From NCBI GenBank assembly GCA_951406725.2, contig OX597822.1:47678001-47742000 (forward strand): a stretch of DNA of 64,000 nucleotides, given 5' to 3'. Position 1 is the first letter of the stretch. Each line of letters starts with the position of its first letter. The translations under genes were made by a program, and so were the position numbers. The notes below the pieces were generated by a model. The model ran no database searches, had not been told where the DNA came from, and saw only the letters and a program-made list of their open reading frames with translations. The stretch is from Octopus vulgaris (lineage: Eukaryota). Shown in pieces: positions 11,570 through 23,527 of the stretch.

Positions 11570-11990
11570 CACCCCATTTTCTCGCAATGTTTTTTTCCAT
11601 AAACCCCATTTTCGGATACGGAGATTCCGGGAAATTGCCAAAAATCGGGATTTTTAAATTTCTTGGCCCCCACCTCTCCCCCAATTTCTTCATTTTTCAT
11701 TTTTTTCTCTAACTGTAACCCTAAAAACCCCAACCCTCACCCTAACCCTAACTAGAAAAATTTTTGGAAATTTTTTTCACAATTATATTCTCCATATTTT
11801 TCCGTATATTGTGAAAAAAAATTTCTGAAAAAAGTTTAAAATGAAAAAATTGGGGAGAGGTGGGGAGTAATTTCAAAATGCCGATTTTTGCCTTTTTTTT
11901 TTTGCAAATTCGTATTCACCGTAGCCGAAAACGGGGGTCTGTGTAGAAAAATAAAATAAAGTAAAATAAAAAGGGGTGGGTTTTTTTGGG
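11570..11990. mobile_element. Foldback-type MITE with long imperfect inverted arms
   Basis: Nested IR pairs: ACCCCATTTTCGGATACGG/CCGTAGCCGAAAACGGGGGT, AAAAATCGG/CCGATTTTT, CCCCACCTCTCCCCCAATTT/AAATTGGGGAGAGGTGGGG and GAAATTTTTTTCACAAT/ATTGTGAAAAAAAATTTC. Confidence 0.75.
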
Positions 11991-12576
11991 GTGGGGGGTG
12001 CACTGCACTACAGCGGCAACAACAACAATAGTAAAGATAACAACGATTATCTCGATAAAATGCTTACTAATCAAGTAGATAAGTGGTGTTGATAAGTATA
12101 ATCGACAATAAAATCCCGATGCCTAACGTATCTGTGTCTACCTATAATCAGAAAGTTTGTTTTTCCTTCAAATGTCCTAGGAGAGTACAAACTGTAGAGC
12201 ACGGAGAGTACAAACTGTAGAGCAACCAGACGCCCTCGCAGAGTCCCGCTCTTGCCCAGATCGATAAAATCGATTATACCTGGGAACCCCCAGAGCGGTT
12301 GATTATCGACCTTATATGTATTATATCGATCGTCGTTATAATCCATTATAACCTTCCCCGCCCTCAAATACTTGTGGTTTTGTAACTTATTAATCATCAC
12401 ATTTAAAAGGAAAAAAAAAAACCCCTTTCGATATCTAGTTACGTCCCTTTACATATTTACCTTTTGGGTTATAAAAAAAAATCATAGGGTTCGACTCGTG
12501 TTTCTTTCGGGATTGACAGCCAGACTATTCCCAACATTTGTAGCCATTATCCAGCTTATTGCTTATATATTATATA

Positions 12577-12685
12577 TTCATCCTTTCGGGGTCGACAAAA
12601 TAAGTACCAGTTGAGTACTAGGGTCGATGTAATCGACTATCCCACTCCCCACAAATTTCAGGCCTTTGTGCCTATATTAAAAAGG

Positions 12686-12734
<49 letters not shown>

Positions 12735-12960
12735 GAAGGCGGCGAGCTGGCAGAATTGTTAGCATGGCGGGCAAAATGCTTAGCTGCATTTAGTTCGTCT
12801 GTACGTTTTGAGTTCAAATTCCGCCGAAGTCGACTTTGCCTTTCATCCTTTCGGGGTCGATAAATTAAACACCAGTTGTGTACTGGGTCGATCTAATCGA
12901 TTGGCCCCCTCCCACCAAATTTCAGGCCTTGTGCATAGAGTAGAGAAGATTATTATTATT
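12577..12960 (+). mobile_element. Two tandem SINE family B copies with (ATT)n tails
   Basis: A 3' half at 12577-12685 followed by (ATT)n, then a full copy at 12735-12948 followed by (ATT)n. Confidence 0.85.
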
Positions 12961-13019
12961 ATCATCATCATTATTTATTATTATTTATTTAATGTGCAGT
13001 GGACAGAAAATGAAAAGGA

Positions 13020-13229
13020 GTGCCAGTGTTGGTGAGTATACGTCCCCGTAACTTAGCGGCTCAGCATAAAACATCGATAGAAAAAGTCCTGGAGTAGTTT
13101 CGTTCGACTTAAACCGATAGAAAAAGTACTAGGCTTACAAAGAATAAATCCTGGGGTTGATTTCTTCGACTAACATCCTTTAAGGCGGTGCTCCAGCATG
13201 GCCGCAGTCAAATGACTGAAACAAGTAAA

Positions 13230-13235
<6 letters not shown>
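13020..13235 (+). mobile_element. SINE family A, 3' half
   Basis: Tail GCGGTGCTCCAGCATGGCCGCAGTCAAATGACTGAAACAAGTAAAAGA. Confidence 0.85.
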
Positions 13236-13270
<35 letters not shown>

Positions 13271-13271
13271 T

Positions 13272-13664
13272 ACTCTTATTTGTTTCAGTCATATGACTGC
13301 GGCCATGATGGAGCACCGCCTTTTGTCGAGCAAATCGACCCTAGGACTTGTTCTTTGTAAGCCTAGTACTTATTCTATCGGTCTCTTTTTGCCGAACCGC
13401 TAAGTTATAGGGACGTAAACACACCAGCATCGGTTGTCAAGTGATGTTGGGGGGAGGGGGGAAAACACACAGATATATACATATGTATATATAAATATAT
13501 ATATATATACGACAAGCTTCTTTCAGTTTCCGTCTACCAAATCCACTCACACGGCTTTGGTCGGTCCGATGCTATAGTAGATGACATTTGCCCAAGGTGC
13601 CAGGCAGTGGGACTGAACACGGAACCATGTGGCAAGCTACTTACCACAAAGCTACTCCCGCGCC
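13272..13664 (-). mobile_element. SINE family A
   Basis: Near full-length reverse-complement copy. Confidence 0.9.
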
Positions 13665-13696
13665 TCTGTGTGTGTGTATATATATATATGTATATG

Positions 13697-13770
<74 letters not shown>

Positions 13771-14054
13771 TGACACTGCGTGGCACCTTAGGTGTTATGT
13801 ATTAGTCCCGACCCACCCAAAAAGCCTTGAGAGTGGATTTGGTTGATGGAAACTAAAAGAAGCGCGTCTGTGTGTGTGTGTGACCATCACTTAATATCTG
13901 GTGTTGGTGTGTATGCACCACTGTAATCTAGCGGTTCAGTAAACGGATCCGATAGAATAAGTATTGGCATCGATTCATTCGGCTAAAATTCTTGGAAGTG
14001 TCGCCCCAAGCATGACTGCAGTCTAATGACTGAAAGAAGATTATATATATATAT

Positions 14055-14220
14055 AGGCGCAGGAGTGGCTGTGTGGTAAGTAGCTTGCTTACCAACCACA
14101 TGGTTCGGGGTTCAGTCCCACTGCGTGGCACCTTGGGCAAGTGTCTTCTACTATAGCCTTGGGCCGACCAAAGCCTTGTGAGAGGATTTAGTAGACGGAA
14201 ACTGAAAGAAGCCCGTCGTA

Positions 14221-14280
<60 letters not shown>

Positions 14281-14480
14281 CGTGTATGTTTGTGTGTCTG
14301 TGTTTGACAACCGATGCTGGTGTGTTTATGTCCCCGTCACTTAGCGGTTTGGCAAAAGAGACCGATAGAATAAGTACTGGGCTTACAAAGAATAAGTCCC
14401 GGGGTCGAGTTGCTCGACTAAAGGCGGTGCTCCAGCATGGCCGCAGTCAACTGACAAACAAGTAAAAGAGTAAAGAGTAA
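14055..14480 (+). mobile_element. SINE family A, full length, young
   Basis: AGGCGCAGGAGTGGCTGTGTGG...GGTTCAGTCCC...CCTTGGGCAAGT...tail. Preceded by an older copy at ~13770-14040. Confidence 0.92.
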
Positions 14481-14484
14481 ATAG

Positions 14485-14552
<68 letters not shown>

Positions 14553-14553
14553 T

Positions 14554-14592
<39 letters not shown>

Positions 14593-14639
14593 TCGCCGGG
14601 GGACCCGCCTGTCCCTAGCCATATTCAGGGAGCCTTATG

Positions 14640-14714
<75 letters not shown>

Positions 14715-15907
14715 AGAGAGAGAGAGAGGAGGCGGTACAGTAAGCATGACCATTGCAAACCTTAGATTGATGACATCGAGGCAGCTGATGCCCAGTCTGA
14801 ACATCTGCAGAAAAAAATGCGGGTGAGGGAGAACTGAGTTTGCTTCACGTCTGGTTCGAATGCTTGCAACTCTGCTAAAAAGTTCATTGTTCTGGAAGCG
14901 GTATAATAACATAGATCAGTTGTTGTTGTTGTTGTTGTTCAGCCCTAGGTCAACCCCAATCGGGCAGGCATTTAAATTAAAGCGCTTCTGCTTGTAGGGA
15001 ACACGGGACTATGTCGTTCCAAGTGTCTTTTTCTTTTTTCAACTTTTAAAATGGCAGGGTGTTCTGATTTGAAGGATATTTAGCTAAGATCGTGTGACTG
15101 CGCAGTCTCTCTCTCTCTCTCGTGTGTGTGTGTATATACACCCCGAAACGCACGTGCACACATACACATACCATCCATATGCAATGTATATGAGAGAGCA
15201 GTAATGCATCGTGGTCGATTTAATCGACTGTGCCCCATCCTAGAAATTTAAGACGTGGTAATTGGAGAAATTATTGATTTATTTTAATTTTATTTTTAGA
15301 TTGTTTTTTACTCTTTCTTCTAATGTAATAATATATATATATCATTCGGAAACGATATCAGATGCGTCACATGCGTATATCACACGTGGACATATGTGTG
15401 CATAAATGCGAAAATAATTGCATATGAATATGTATAATTTACGAATTTCTGCACGCCTGTGCGTGTTTGTACAGACACACATACGTCTAAATTTACCTCT
15501 CGTAAATGAAAGTGTGTGTGTGTGTGTGTGTATATTAAATTCTTTTCTCTCTATCTATAAGGATATTCGTCCACTTTGTCTTCTCCATCCTTTCTCGTTC
15601 CGCTTTTTAAATCTTATTTACCTCGTTCTCATATCTTCAGCCTTCATTCTCGTGCGTTCCTACGTTCATTCGTTTCGTCATCATTCCTACTTTTGCAATA
15701 TTTTTTTTTTCTCTGCTTCTTCTAATGATTTCCTTCCATTCGTTTCTTCGCTCATTTCTTTAAAATATCTCAAGTGAAAGTAAGACAACGGCAGCGACTA
15801 AGTCGTCGATGTAGAGCGAAAGACTTTTAATACATATTACAAATTACTAAAGTACAAAGACTATTTTACTAGATGTATCTGAAGTACCCTCTGCAGCGAT
15901 GTAATTG

Positions 15908-15941
<34 letters not shown>

Positions 15942-16420
15942 ATGTGTGTCCTAGTGATCAGGTGGTAGGTGTACGAGAAAATGCTTTGATTTCTATTAAT
16001 GTTTTTGCAAAAATAAAAGTATAAGTTGATACAAGTGTGCGAATATAATATTGATAGTTGCAAACTCTCCCACGATTAAATTGTTTAATTTCCATCCATC
16101 TCACAAATGCAAACTAAATCTTTTGCCATAGAAATGGCTTCTGAAACTACGGAATAATAAATATGTATCTTTAATTTGTTGTTTATTTCATTTTTGTCCC
16201 AATTTTTTTTTTTTACACTACAAATGTTCGTTCACACTTAGACGAGTTTAAACGTAGAAAACTTTGTGCTTGTGAGCATATTTTTTAGATTAAATATTTC
16301 AAAGGCTTTTATATATTTATACAACTGGTATATATTTTGTAAGTAATAATTTAAGATAGAAAATTAGCAACGAACTTTTGACGAGAATTAAGCCACGCAT
16401 CTCTTAACGCGTTCGTGTGT

Positions 16421-16467
<47 letters not shown>

Positions 16468-17811
16468 CGGCAGAAGTTATTGTGTTAGTTCTATTTTCCT
16501 GTTTGCATCACCAAATTTATCTACGCGCGCGCGCGCACACATGTATAGGTGTATATTTATATCTGTATCTAATGACTAATTAAATGTAAAATAAATGTTT
16601 GCGGCTTTGTTTTTGAAATGTCTCTTATTAGGTGTTCTTGTTGCAAAAACAAAAAGAAAAAACCAGTGGTTTTTCGTTTTTCATGCAGTAATTCACAGCC
16701 ACAATCATCCGCGTATAAGGCAATGTTAGTGTTTAAAAAAAAAAAAAAGAAAAGAAAAAGAAAATTCAATCTGTTTTCCCTCCAAATTTGTGGGTTTGTG
16801 TCATTATTGGTTTGTTGTTGGATGTTCAGATCACTGAACTCGAGTTTGTCCTTCATACCAGTGGGGTGGGGCTCGATAACTTACCCAACAGTCCTACATT
16901 AGAGTGAATTCCTTGGGCCTTAGTAAAACTTATCAACCTTTTGGGTTTTCGCGGTTTATATTTACGTTGTACTTGTTTGTGGCAAATGAATTGATAAGAG
17001 TTTTGAGTTAGGCAGAATAAGCAAAAATGCAAGTTGTCCTAATGTTCAAACCCACCTGGGCCAACTTTACCTTGCATTCTTCCGAGGTTAATAGAAAGAG
17101 TACAGTCAAGTCCTGACGTCAAAATAATCGACCCTTTCTTCCCCTTAAAATTCATGGCCGTGTGTCTATGTTAAAAACTATTATTGTTGTTGTTTGACCC
17201 CTGATGTATGATCAGCGATTTATTAGCTGTCCCCAATCAGATTTGTTTTCAGATAGTGTGCTTTATTGTACTATATTGTACAGTGTACAAGCCTGTTGTA
17301 TGTACACTGCGGGTACATTGTCGTTTTACAAAGATATGGCTCTTATTTCTAGCAGGTCGAACGACCACATTGAAAGTAAGCTCTGTCGGTGGCTCTGACA
17401 GGATGCGTAGGTTGGGAAAACACTGAGGAAAGTGGGTTGGTAGGTGTAGCCAGCCATTGGTGTCTGCTTGAAAACAAGAGCTGGCAAAACTCAATAGCTA
17501 ATAGATGACCGTAAATGAGTGAGTGTAGTATACATGCCTATATACACGCATATATGTATATACACGTGCGTATGTGCGTGCGTGTGGAGAGAGGGGTGAC
17601 AGTGCTTTTTGCATGGTGTTTTCACAATGTGTCTAAATACATCATCTGATGTAACAAGCTGCCATCGTCATGTTACGTTCGAGTTGGCGTGTTTATGTTT
17701 TATTGTGCACGCGCGCACAGGCGTGCCAGTCTGTCTCTCTTCTCTCTCTTCACACACACATACGTACACACATCTCATGTTTTTCTGCGCATATAATTAC
17801 TCTCTCTCTCT

Positions 17812-17872
<61 letters not shown>

Positions 17873-18346
17873 ATACAAATAAGAAAATGGAGAAACAATT
17901 TAGTTGGCTCATCAGCTTTAGGATATTAGAATGTTGACTTATTTATTTATTTAACAAAAACGAGAACCATAATAACATACATATATACATTAAAATTCAA
18001 TACATTTAAGATAAGAATACAATTATAAAATCTTAATATAAATTATTGAAATCATTAAAATCACTCTTACAGCTGTTTCAGCCTATGGATAAAAGTAATT
18101 TTTTTCTGTGCCAATAGTTGTCAATTATATTGAGGTTGTAGGCATTTAAAAACGGGGTACTTATATATAACCATAGACCTCGTCAGAGGTTATAAAGAAC
18201 TTTCAAAATATAAATACATGAAACAGGATACACGTACAATTTAATATATATAAATATAAACATATATCCATATACACATTATGCCAACAGTATATTGGAT
18301 AAGTATTATCCCTTAGTGGGTTGGATCCACAATCCCTAACTTACTT

Positions 18347-18350
<4 letters not shown>
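17873..18350 (-). mobile_element. TA-embedded HHR-bearing element (Penelope-like pLTR/retrozyme-like)
   Basis: Unique island between (TA)n runs that contains the HHR at 18063-18190. Confidence 0.6.
18063..18190 (-). ncRNA. Type I hammerhead ribozyme with ~82-nt stem II insertion
   Basis: Minus strand: ACCT [CTGACGA] GGTCTATGG...CCATAGGCT [GAA] AC-AGCT-GT [A] AGAGT. Stem II 9 bp, palindromic stem III, GUA triplet; stem I is weak and bulged. Confidence 0.7.
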
Positions 18351-18388
<38 letters not shown>

Positions 18389-18390
<2 letters not shown>

Positions 18391-18700
18391 ACGACGTCTA
18401 TACATTTCTAACCTTGAACTTGTTCGCATAAACTGTCCCGTTCGTTTTATTTTTATTTTCTCATATATTCTCCTTCTTTCTGTGTTTTTTTTCTCTGTGT
18501 ATCTTTCTGTTGAAGAGCGTAGGCTCGAAACGTTAAAGACTTGTTTTATTTATATTTCCTGAGCGCCATACTAATACAATTGTTTGTTTGTATTCCACCT
18601 GCCTTCGTCTTTTGTTTATTTCCGTAAACCTGCCTTCGTCTTTTGTTTATTTCCGTAAACCTGCCTTCGTCTTTTGTTTATTTTCATAAAGCTTCCCGTT
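18389..18700 (+). mobile_element. TA-embedded element with minimal HHR-like motif (18502-18539) and 3 x 31-bp tandem repeat
   Basis: TCTTT CTGTTGA A GAGC-gtag-GCTC GAA ACGT T AAAGA. ACCTGCCTTCGTCTTTTGTTTATTTCCGTAA occurs about three times at 18598-18690. Homologous to 23180-23340. Confidence 0.7.
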
Positions 18701-18775
18701 ATATATATATATATATATATATATATGATTTGCCTAATAGTGGTTTTATCTCTAATTTAATTTATATATATATAG

Positions 18776-18945
18776 TCATCATTTAATGTCCATCCGTCAT
18801 AATCCTGCAAACCAGATGATCGCGTTGAGCTCCAACGTATACTTTGACAAGTTTTCTACAGCTTCGTGCTCTTACTGGCGCCAACCACTTTACAGAGCGT
18901 ACTTGAGAATTTTCCCCCGTGGCATCACCTAGTGAAGTCACCAAA
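18776..18945 (-). mobile_element. Old copy of (TGA)n-tailed repeat family D
   Basis: Diverged match to 22485-22696 (TTTCTACAGCT, CCAACCACT). Confidence 0.55.
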
Positions 18946-19926
18946 TAACTGGCAAAACAGACTCCTTAACAAATTGAGGGTGGGTGATTTTGTACCTGAT
19001 GTCGGAAGGCTAAAGCATGAAGAGCGGGTGTCTTACTGTAGAGGAGACACAGGACTATTACAGCAGGAAAGGGAGAAAGAATAGTGGAAATGAGATGTCG
19101 GGGCGCACACTTAAGATACAAAAAGGTGTATAAAGATAGAATTGGGGCAAAGAGAATCGGGGCCAACTGGATGGATATGTTCACGAAATTGTGAAAGGAG
19201 AGTGACAGATTGTAGAAATGAGAGAAGTGAATGTAGTGAACGGCGAACATGGGTGGAGATGTGGACAATGGTGAATCTCAGTTTGAGGGAAGGAATGGGT
19301 TAGGGAGGAGGTAGTGATAATTGGCAATGCATAAAAAGCGAGTCTGAGAGTAACAAACATCTTAATAAAAACGTTGATACATGAGAGATGTGGAAATGAC
19401 GGGAAGTGTGGTGGAGAAAGAAGATATACAGTGGCAGGGACGGAAGTTAGTGGCACGTAGAGAAGGATATAGTGCGTAACAAAAAAAGGGGGTATCAATG
19501 GAAGATATGAGATACTATTCAGAGGAAAAGGGGTTTATTGAATCTCTATTTCCTTCCTCTCTTCTTCGCTCTCAGATGGAGGACAAGATCCTAATCTCTT
19601 CTAGAAATTCCCTTCAGAATATCTGATGCCACTGGAGAACTTCACGGGTTTTTAAGATTTCAGATTTTACCCCCTAAACCTTCCCTGTTCAATTATAATA
19701 TGTCTCTAAGTCTTTCTGATGGTATTTTCCCTCTTCTCGTGTTTCGCTGTGCTTGTTGTTGCCTTGTTCCAGATCAGGACTGACCTAGATCAAAACAACA
19801 ACAAACTCCGAACAGTTCCGGCCTTCCTGGAACTCCTCAGCAGAGTATAATTTTTCTCGTAGTTACAAGACTGTGGAATAACTGACAATATATAGGTTTC
19901 AATAAAAACGCGCACACACACACACA

Positions 19927-19979
<53 letters not shown>

Positions 19980-21405
19980 GGAAGTTGAAAATTTCGCAAA
20001 TTGTTACTTTCTTGTATCTGATTTCCAGACGTAGGGGATGAATAGAATAAGAAAAAATACAAAAAGAATAACAATAAATAACTGAACTCGCAGAAAAAAT
20101 TGATAAGTTTTGAGTGTGTGTTAAAAGATCCTGTTAGATCACTTATTTTAAAGTTCTTATATGTTTCAAATACCTGTAATATTTTCATTAAAATTTATAT
20201 ATTTAAAATACTTATCGAGATAGAATTGTATGACGGGGAGTGGCGGCACAGTGTGCGACAAACAAAATAATGAATGTATACTGAAAAATTATGCTTGTTT
20301 GAGGAAAAAGACGTGAATGTTATTAGAATTGTTGAATTAAGTAGTTATGCGGTTACATTCTAAATAAAATAAATTTAAAATGTATATTTGTGTATTTGCG
20401 ATAATTACATCATATGTATAATAAATTCATGCGAGAGAATTTTTTTCTGAATAAAACTGAATAAAATTACAAGTATGTGATTAAAAAAAAACGAAACAGA
20501 AAAAACCCTGTGTTTTTGAAAATTTGTTAAAGTATTTTCCGCCATACAAGTCGGATGTTTAGTATAAACATTCAAACATTATTATCTTTCCAAACCCTGC
20601 TGCATTACGTCGATCTTCCTTTTTGGTCTCAAAAATTCGGCTTGTACGTCGGAAAATATAGTAATTAAGCATAATGAATTGAAAATGCGTGGATTTGAAT
20701 ATGAACAAAATAAAATTAAAACGTATTTTTGTGTAAATAAGATAGGTACAAGCAAATACTTAGGTACTAATGGCGAAAAGAAACAAAATGGATGTCAAGT
20801 TTAGCAGCAACACAGCAAAGTCAAATTGATTTTGACATTATCGATCAAGAAGGTACTTAATGCTCCAAAAGTTCCTTAGGGCCGTATTTATAAGAATATA
20901 AAATATTAGAACTTATCCGGGAACAAAATAACTTTTCAGAGAGACATGACTGACGGCATAAGTAATTTAATATGAATTTGTGCAATTAAAGGTTCGTTGT
21001 TTTTCTCAACCTCAACTTTTAGCATGCTTATAGATTTGCATTTGGTTTCTGCTCCCCACTAACAAAAAAAAAAAAAGTTTCCGACTACCTGTCGTGTTTC
21101 TTCACTTATAATTCCAGTCACTTCCAGATATAGTCGTGTTTTTCATAAGGAGTGTTGTGAGGAATGGAAAGGGAACAGACAAATCAACATACCTTTTAAA
21201 AAAGTAATGTTCATTTGAAACATTGAAATCTTATTTTGGCAATAAAGAGACTTGCGGTATGTTCAAGATGTTCTTGGAGAATGTGAAAGTGATCTTAAAT
21301 TGCTCGACTCCTTTATTGCACTGCTCTCTGAATGGCATCATTTAATTAATCTACTGCTGCTTTGCTGGCATTTTCCACCTTTTACTCAGGTTCTTCATTG
21401 GTATA

Positions 21406-21810
21406 CTCTTTTACTCTTTTACTTGTTTCAGTCATTTGACTGCGGCCATGCTGGAGCACCGCCTTTAATCGAGCAACTCGACCCCGGGACTTATTCTTTT
21501 TGTAAGCCCAGTACTTATTCTATCGGTCTCTTTTGTCGAACTGCTAAGTAACGGGGACATAAATACACCAGCATCGGTTGTCAAGCAATGCTAGAGGGAC
21601 AAACACAGACACACACACATACATATACATATATATATACATATATACGACAGGCTTCTTTCAGTTTCCGTCTACCAAATCCACTCACAAGGCTTTGGTC
21701 GGCCTGAGGCTATAGCAGAAGACACTCGCCCAAGGTGCCACGCAGTGGGACTGAACCCGGAACCATGTGGGTGGTAGACAAGCTACTTACCACACAGCCA
21801 CTCCTGCGCC
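21406..21810 (-). mobile_element. SINE family A, full length, young
   Basis: Complete head-to-tail reverse complement, very similar to the copy at 14055. Confidence 0.92.
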
Positions 21811-22484
21811 ATTTATATATATAAATGTTATATCATATGTTATATTTATATAGTTTCTTTTTTTTTTTTTCAATTCATGAAATTGACTTTTTTAAAAATA
21901 TAGTTTAAACTTTTTGGAAAAATTTAATTTCTTTTTATCAATGATACCTTTTGTCACAACAACAGTTATTGTTGACTTTAAAAAGAGTGAACTAGCAAGA
22001 ACATTGTGGGCGCAAGTTCTTAACTGAACCTGGAAAAGTACAACATAAGAGGTGGAGGCCTAAGAATATTCCCGCTGAAGTTGGAAATTAAATTTTAAAA
22101 GAATGTTTTTAGTTTCATTCAAATGTAGAAGCATCCCCATATTTGACTCTCCACTTTGAAGAAAATTCTATATGGAACTTTATATGTTTATTCCTTATAA
22201 AATAATATATGGTGGGCGATGGCAGAGAGTTGAAGCACTTGTATATGATGGAGATGAAGCTTGTCTTTCAAAATTTAAGAATGCTCCTCTCGCGTTTCTT
22301 CAACTGCAGCTGAGCTGATATTTAAACATACAGAAACATGAGTTCATCGAGAAGATGAAGAATAACTAGGATGTACTTTAACTTAGCCAGTATGAGTCAT
22401 ATAGGTAGTGGTATCATATCAGCTGAGAAATAATGAGAGATAGATAGTACAGTGGCTTCAGTGAAGTCTATACTACTAAATCAG

Positions 22485-22696
22485 CATCATCATCATCAGC
22501 TTTCCTTGCTGGCATGGGTTGGACGGTTTGACTGAGGACTGGCAAGCCAAGAGGCCGCACCAGGCTCCAATCTGATCTGGCAAAGTTTCTACAGCTGGAT
22601 GCCCTTCCTAACGCTAACCACTCCGAAATTGTAACGGGTGCTTTTTAAGTGCCACCGGCATGGGAACCAGTCAGGCGGCACTGGCATCGACCACGC
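22485..22696 (-). mobile_element. SINE/LINE-derived repeat family D with (TGA)n tail
   Basis: Minus strand GTTAGGAAGGGCATCCAGCTGTAGAAAC...CCAACCCATGCCAGC followed by (TGA)n, a tail type seen in RTE/L2-mobilised elements. Confidence 0.7.
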
Positions 22697-23177
22697 ATAT
22701 ATTTAAAATATTTAAAATTTGTCCCCACTAGAGTGAAAAGATTCGGAACCTATTTCCATGAAGATCTGGAATTCCAACATCTTCGGCCTTTTGACCTCCT
22801 TCCTACTCCCAACAAGTCTTCTATAAAGGTTACCCAACAAACTTCCTTTTCCCAAAGTGCACAAAATTTTATTCATGTTCCTTAGATTCAGAATAAACCA
22901 TTGACTATGATTTCGATGCACAAGAGAGGGTGGTATGGGGAGAAAGAAAACTAAACGCTAATTTTAACGACATGGCTAACATGCTAAGAGCACTCCGTTT
23001 TCCCCTTCTATTCTCTCTACTTTTCTCCCTGAATTCATCTAAAACAATATTATTTAAATTCATCTCCAACTACAATAATTAATTTCAATTTGTCTTGTGC
23101 TTTTCTAAGTTCATTTAATTATAAATATTACGCCTGCGTCGTACACTTGCGCTGGTTGTGTGTGTCTGCATATATAT

Positions 23178-23336
23178 AGGGAGAATTCACGAAAAAAAAA
23201 AACAAAAGACGAAGACAGGTGGTGTAGAAAACAAACAGATGTATTAGTATAACGCTCGGGAATTGAAAAAGTCTTTAACGTTTCGAGCCTACACTCTTCC
23301 ACAGGAAGGACACAGACAGAAAAAAGGAGAGAAAAA

Positions 23337-23338
<2 letters not shown>
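23178..23338 (-). mobile_element. TA-embedded element with minimal HHR-like motif (23271-23310)
   Basis: Minus strand CTGTGGA A GAGT-gtag-GCTC GAA ACGT T AAAGAC. Downstream sequence is homologous to 18540-18700. Confidence 0.7.
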
Positions 23339-23396
<58 letters not shown>

Positions 23397-23527
23397 ATAG
23401 TAATGCAATACGAGAGTATTGCTTTCCAGTAAAGGATACCCCGTGAGGGTAAAATTATACATATAAAAGTAAATATCGGTGCTTCGTTGTGCCATTTATT
23501 TACTTATATATATATATATATATATAT

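Noticed and set aside
18598-18690. 3 x 31-bp repeat as a CRISPR array
   Set aside because: The units are contiguous with no spacers, in a eukaryotic context; a simple tandem duplication.
22200-22360. Possible hAT-like transposase C-terminal relic (KFKNAP...STAAE)
   Set aside because: Too short and degraded to support without a profile search.
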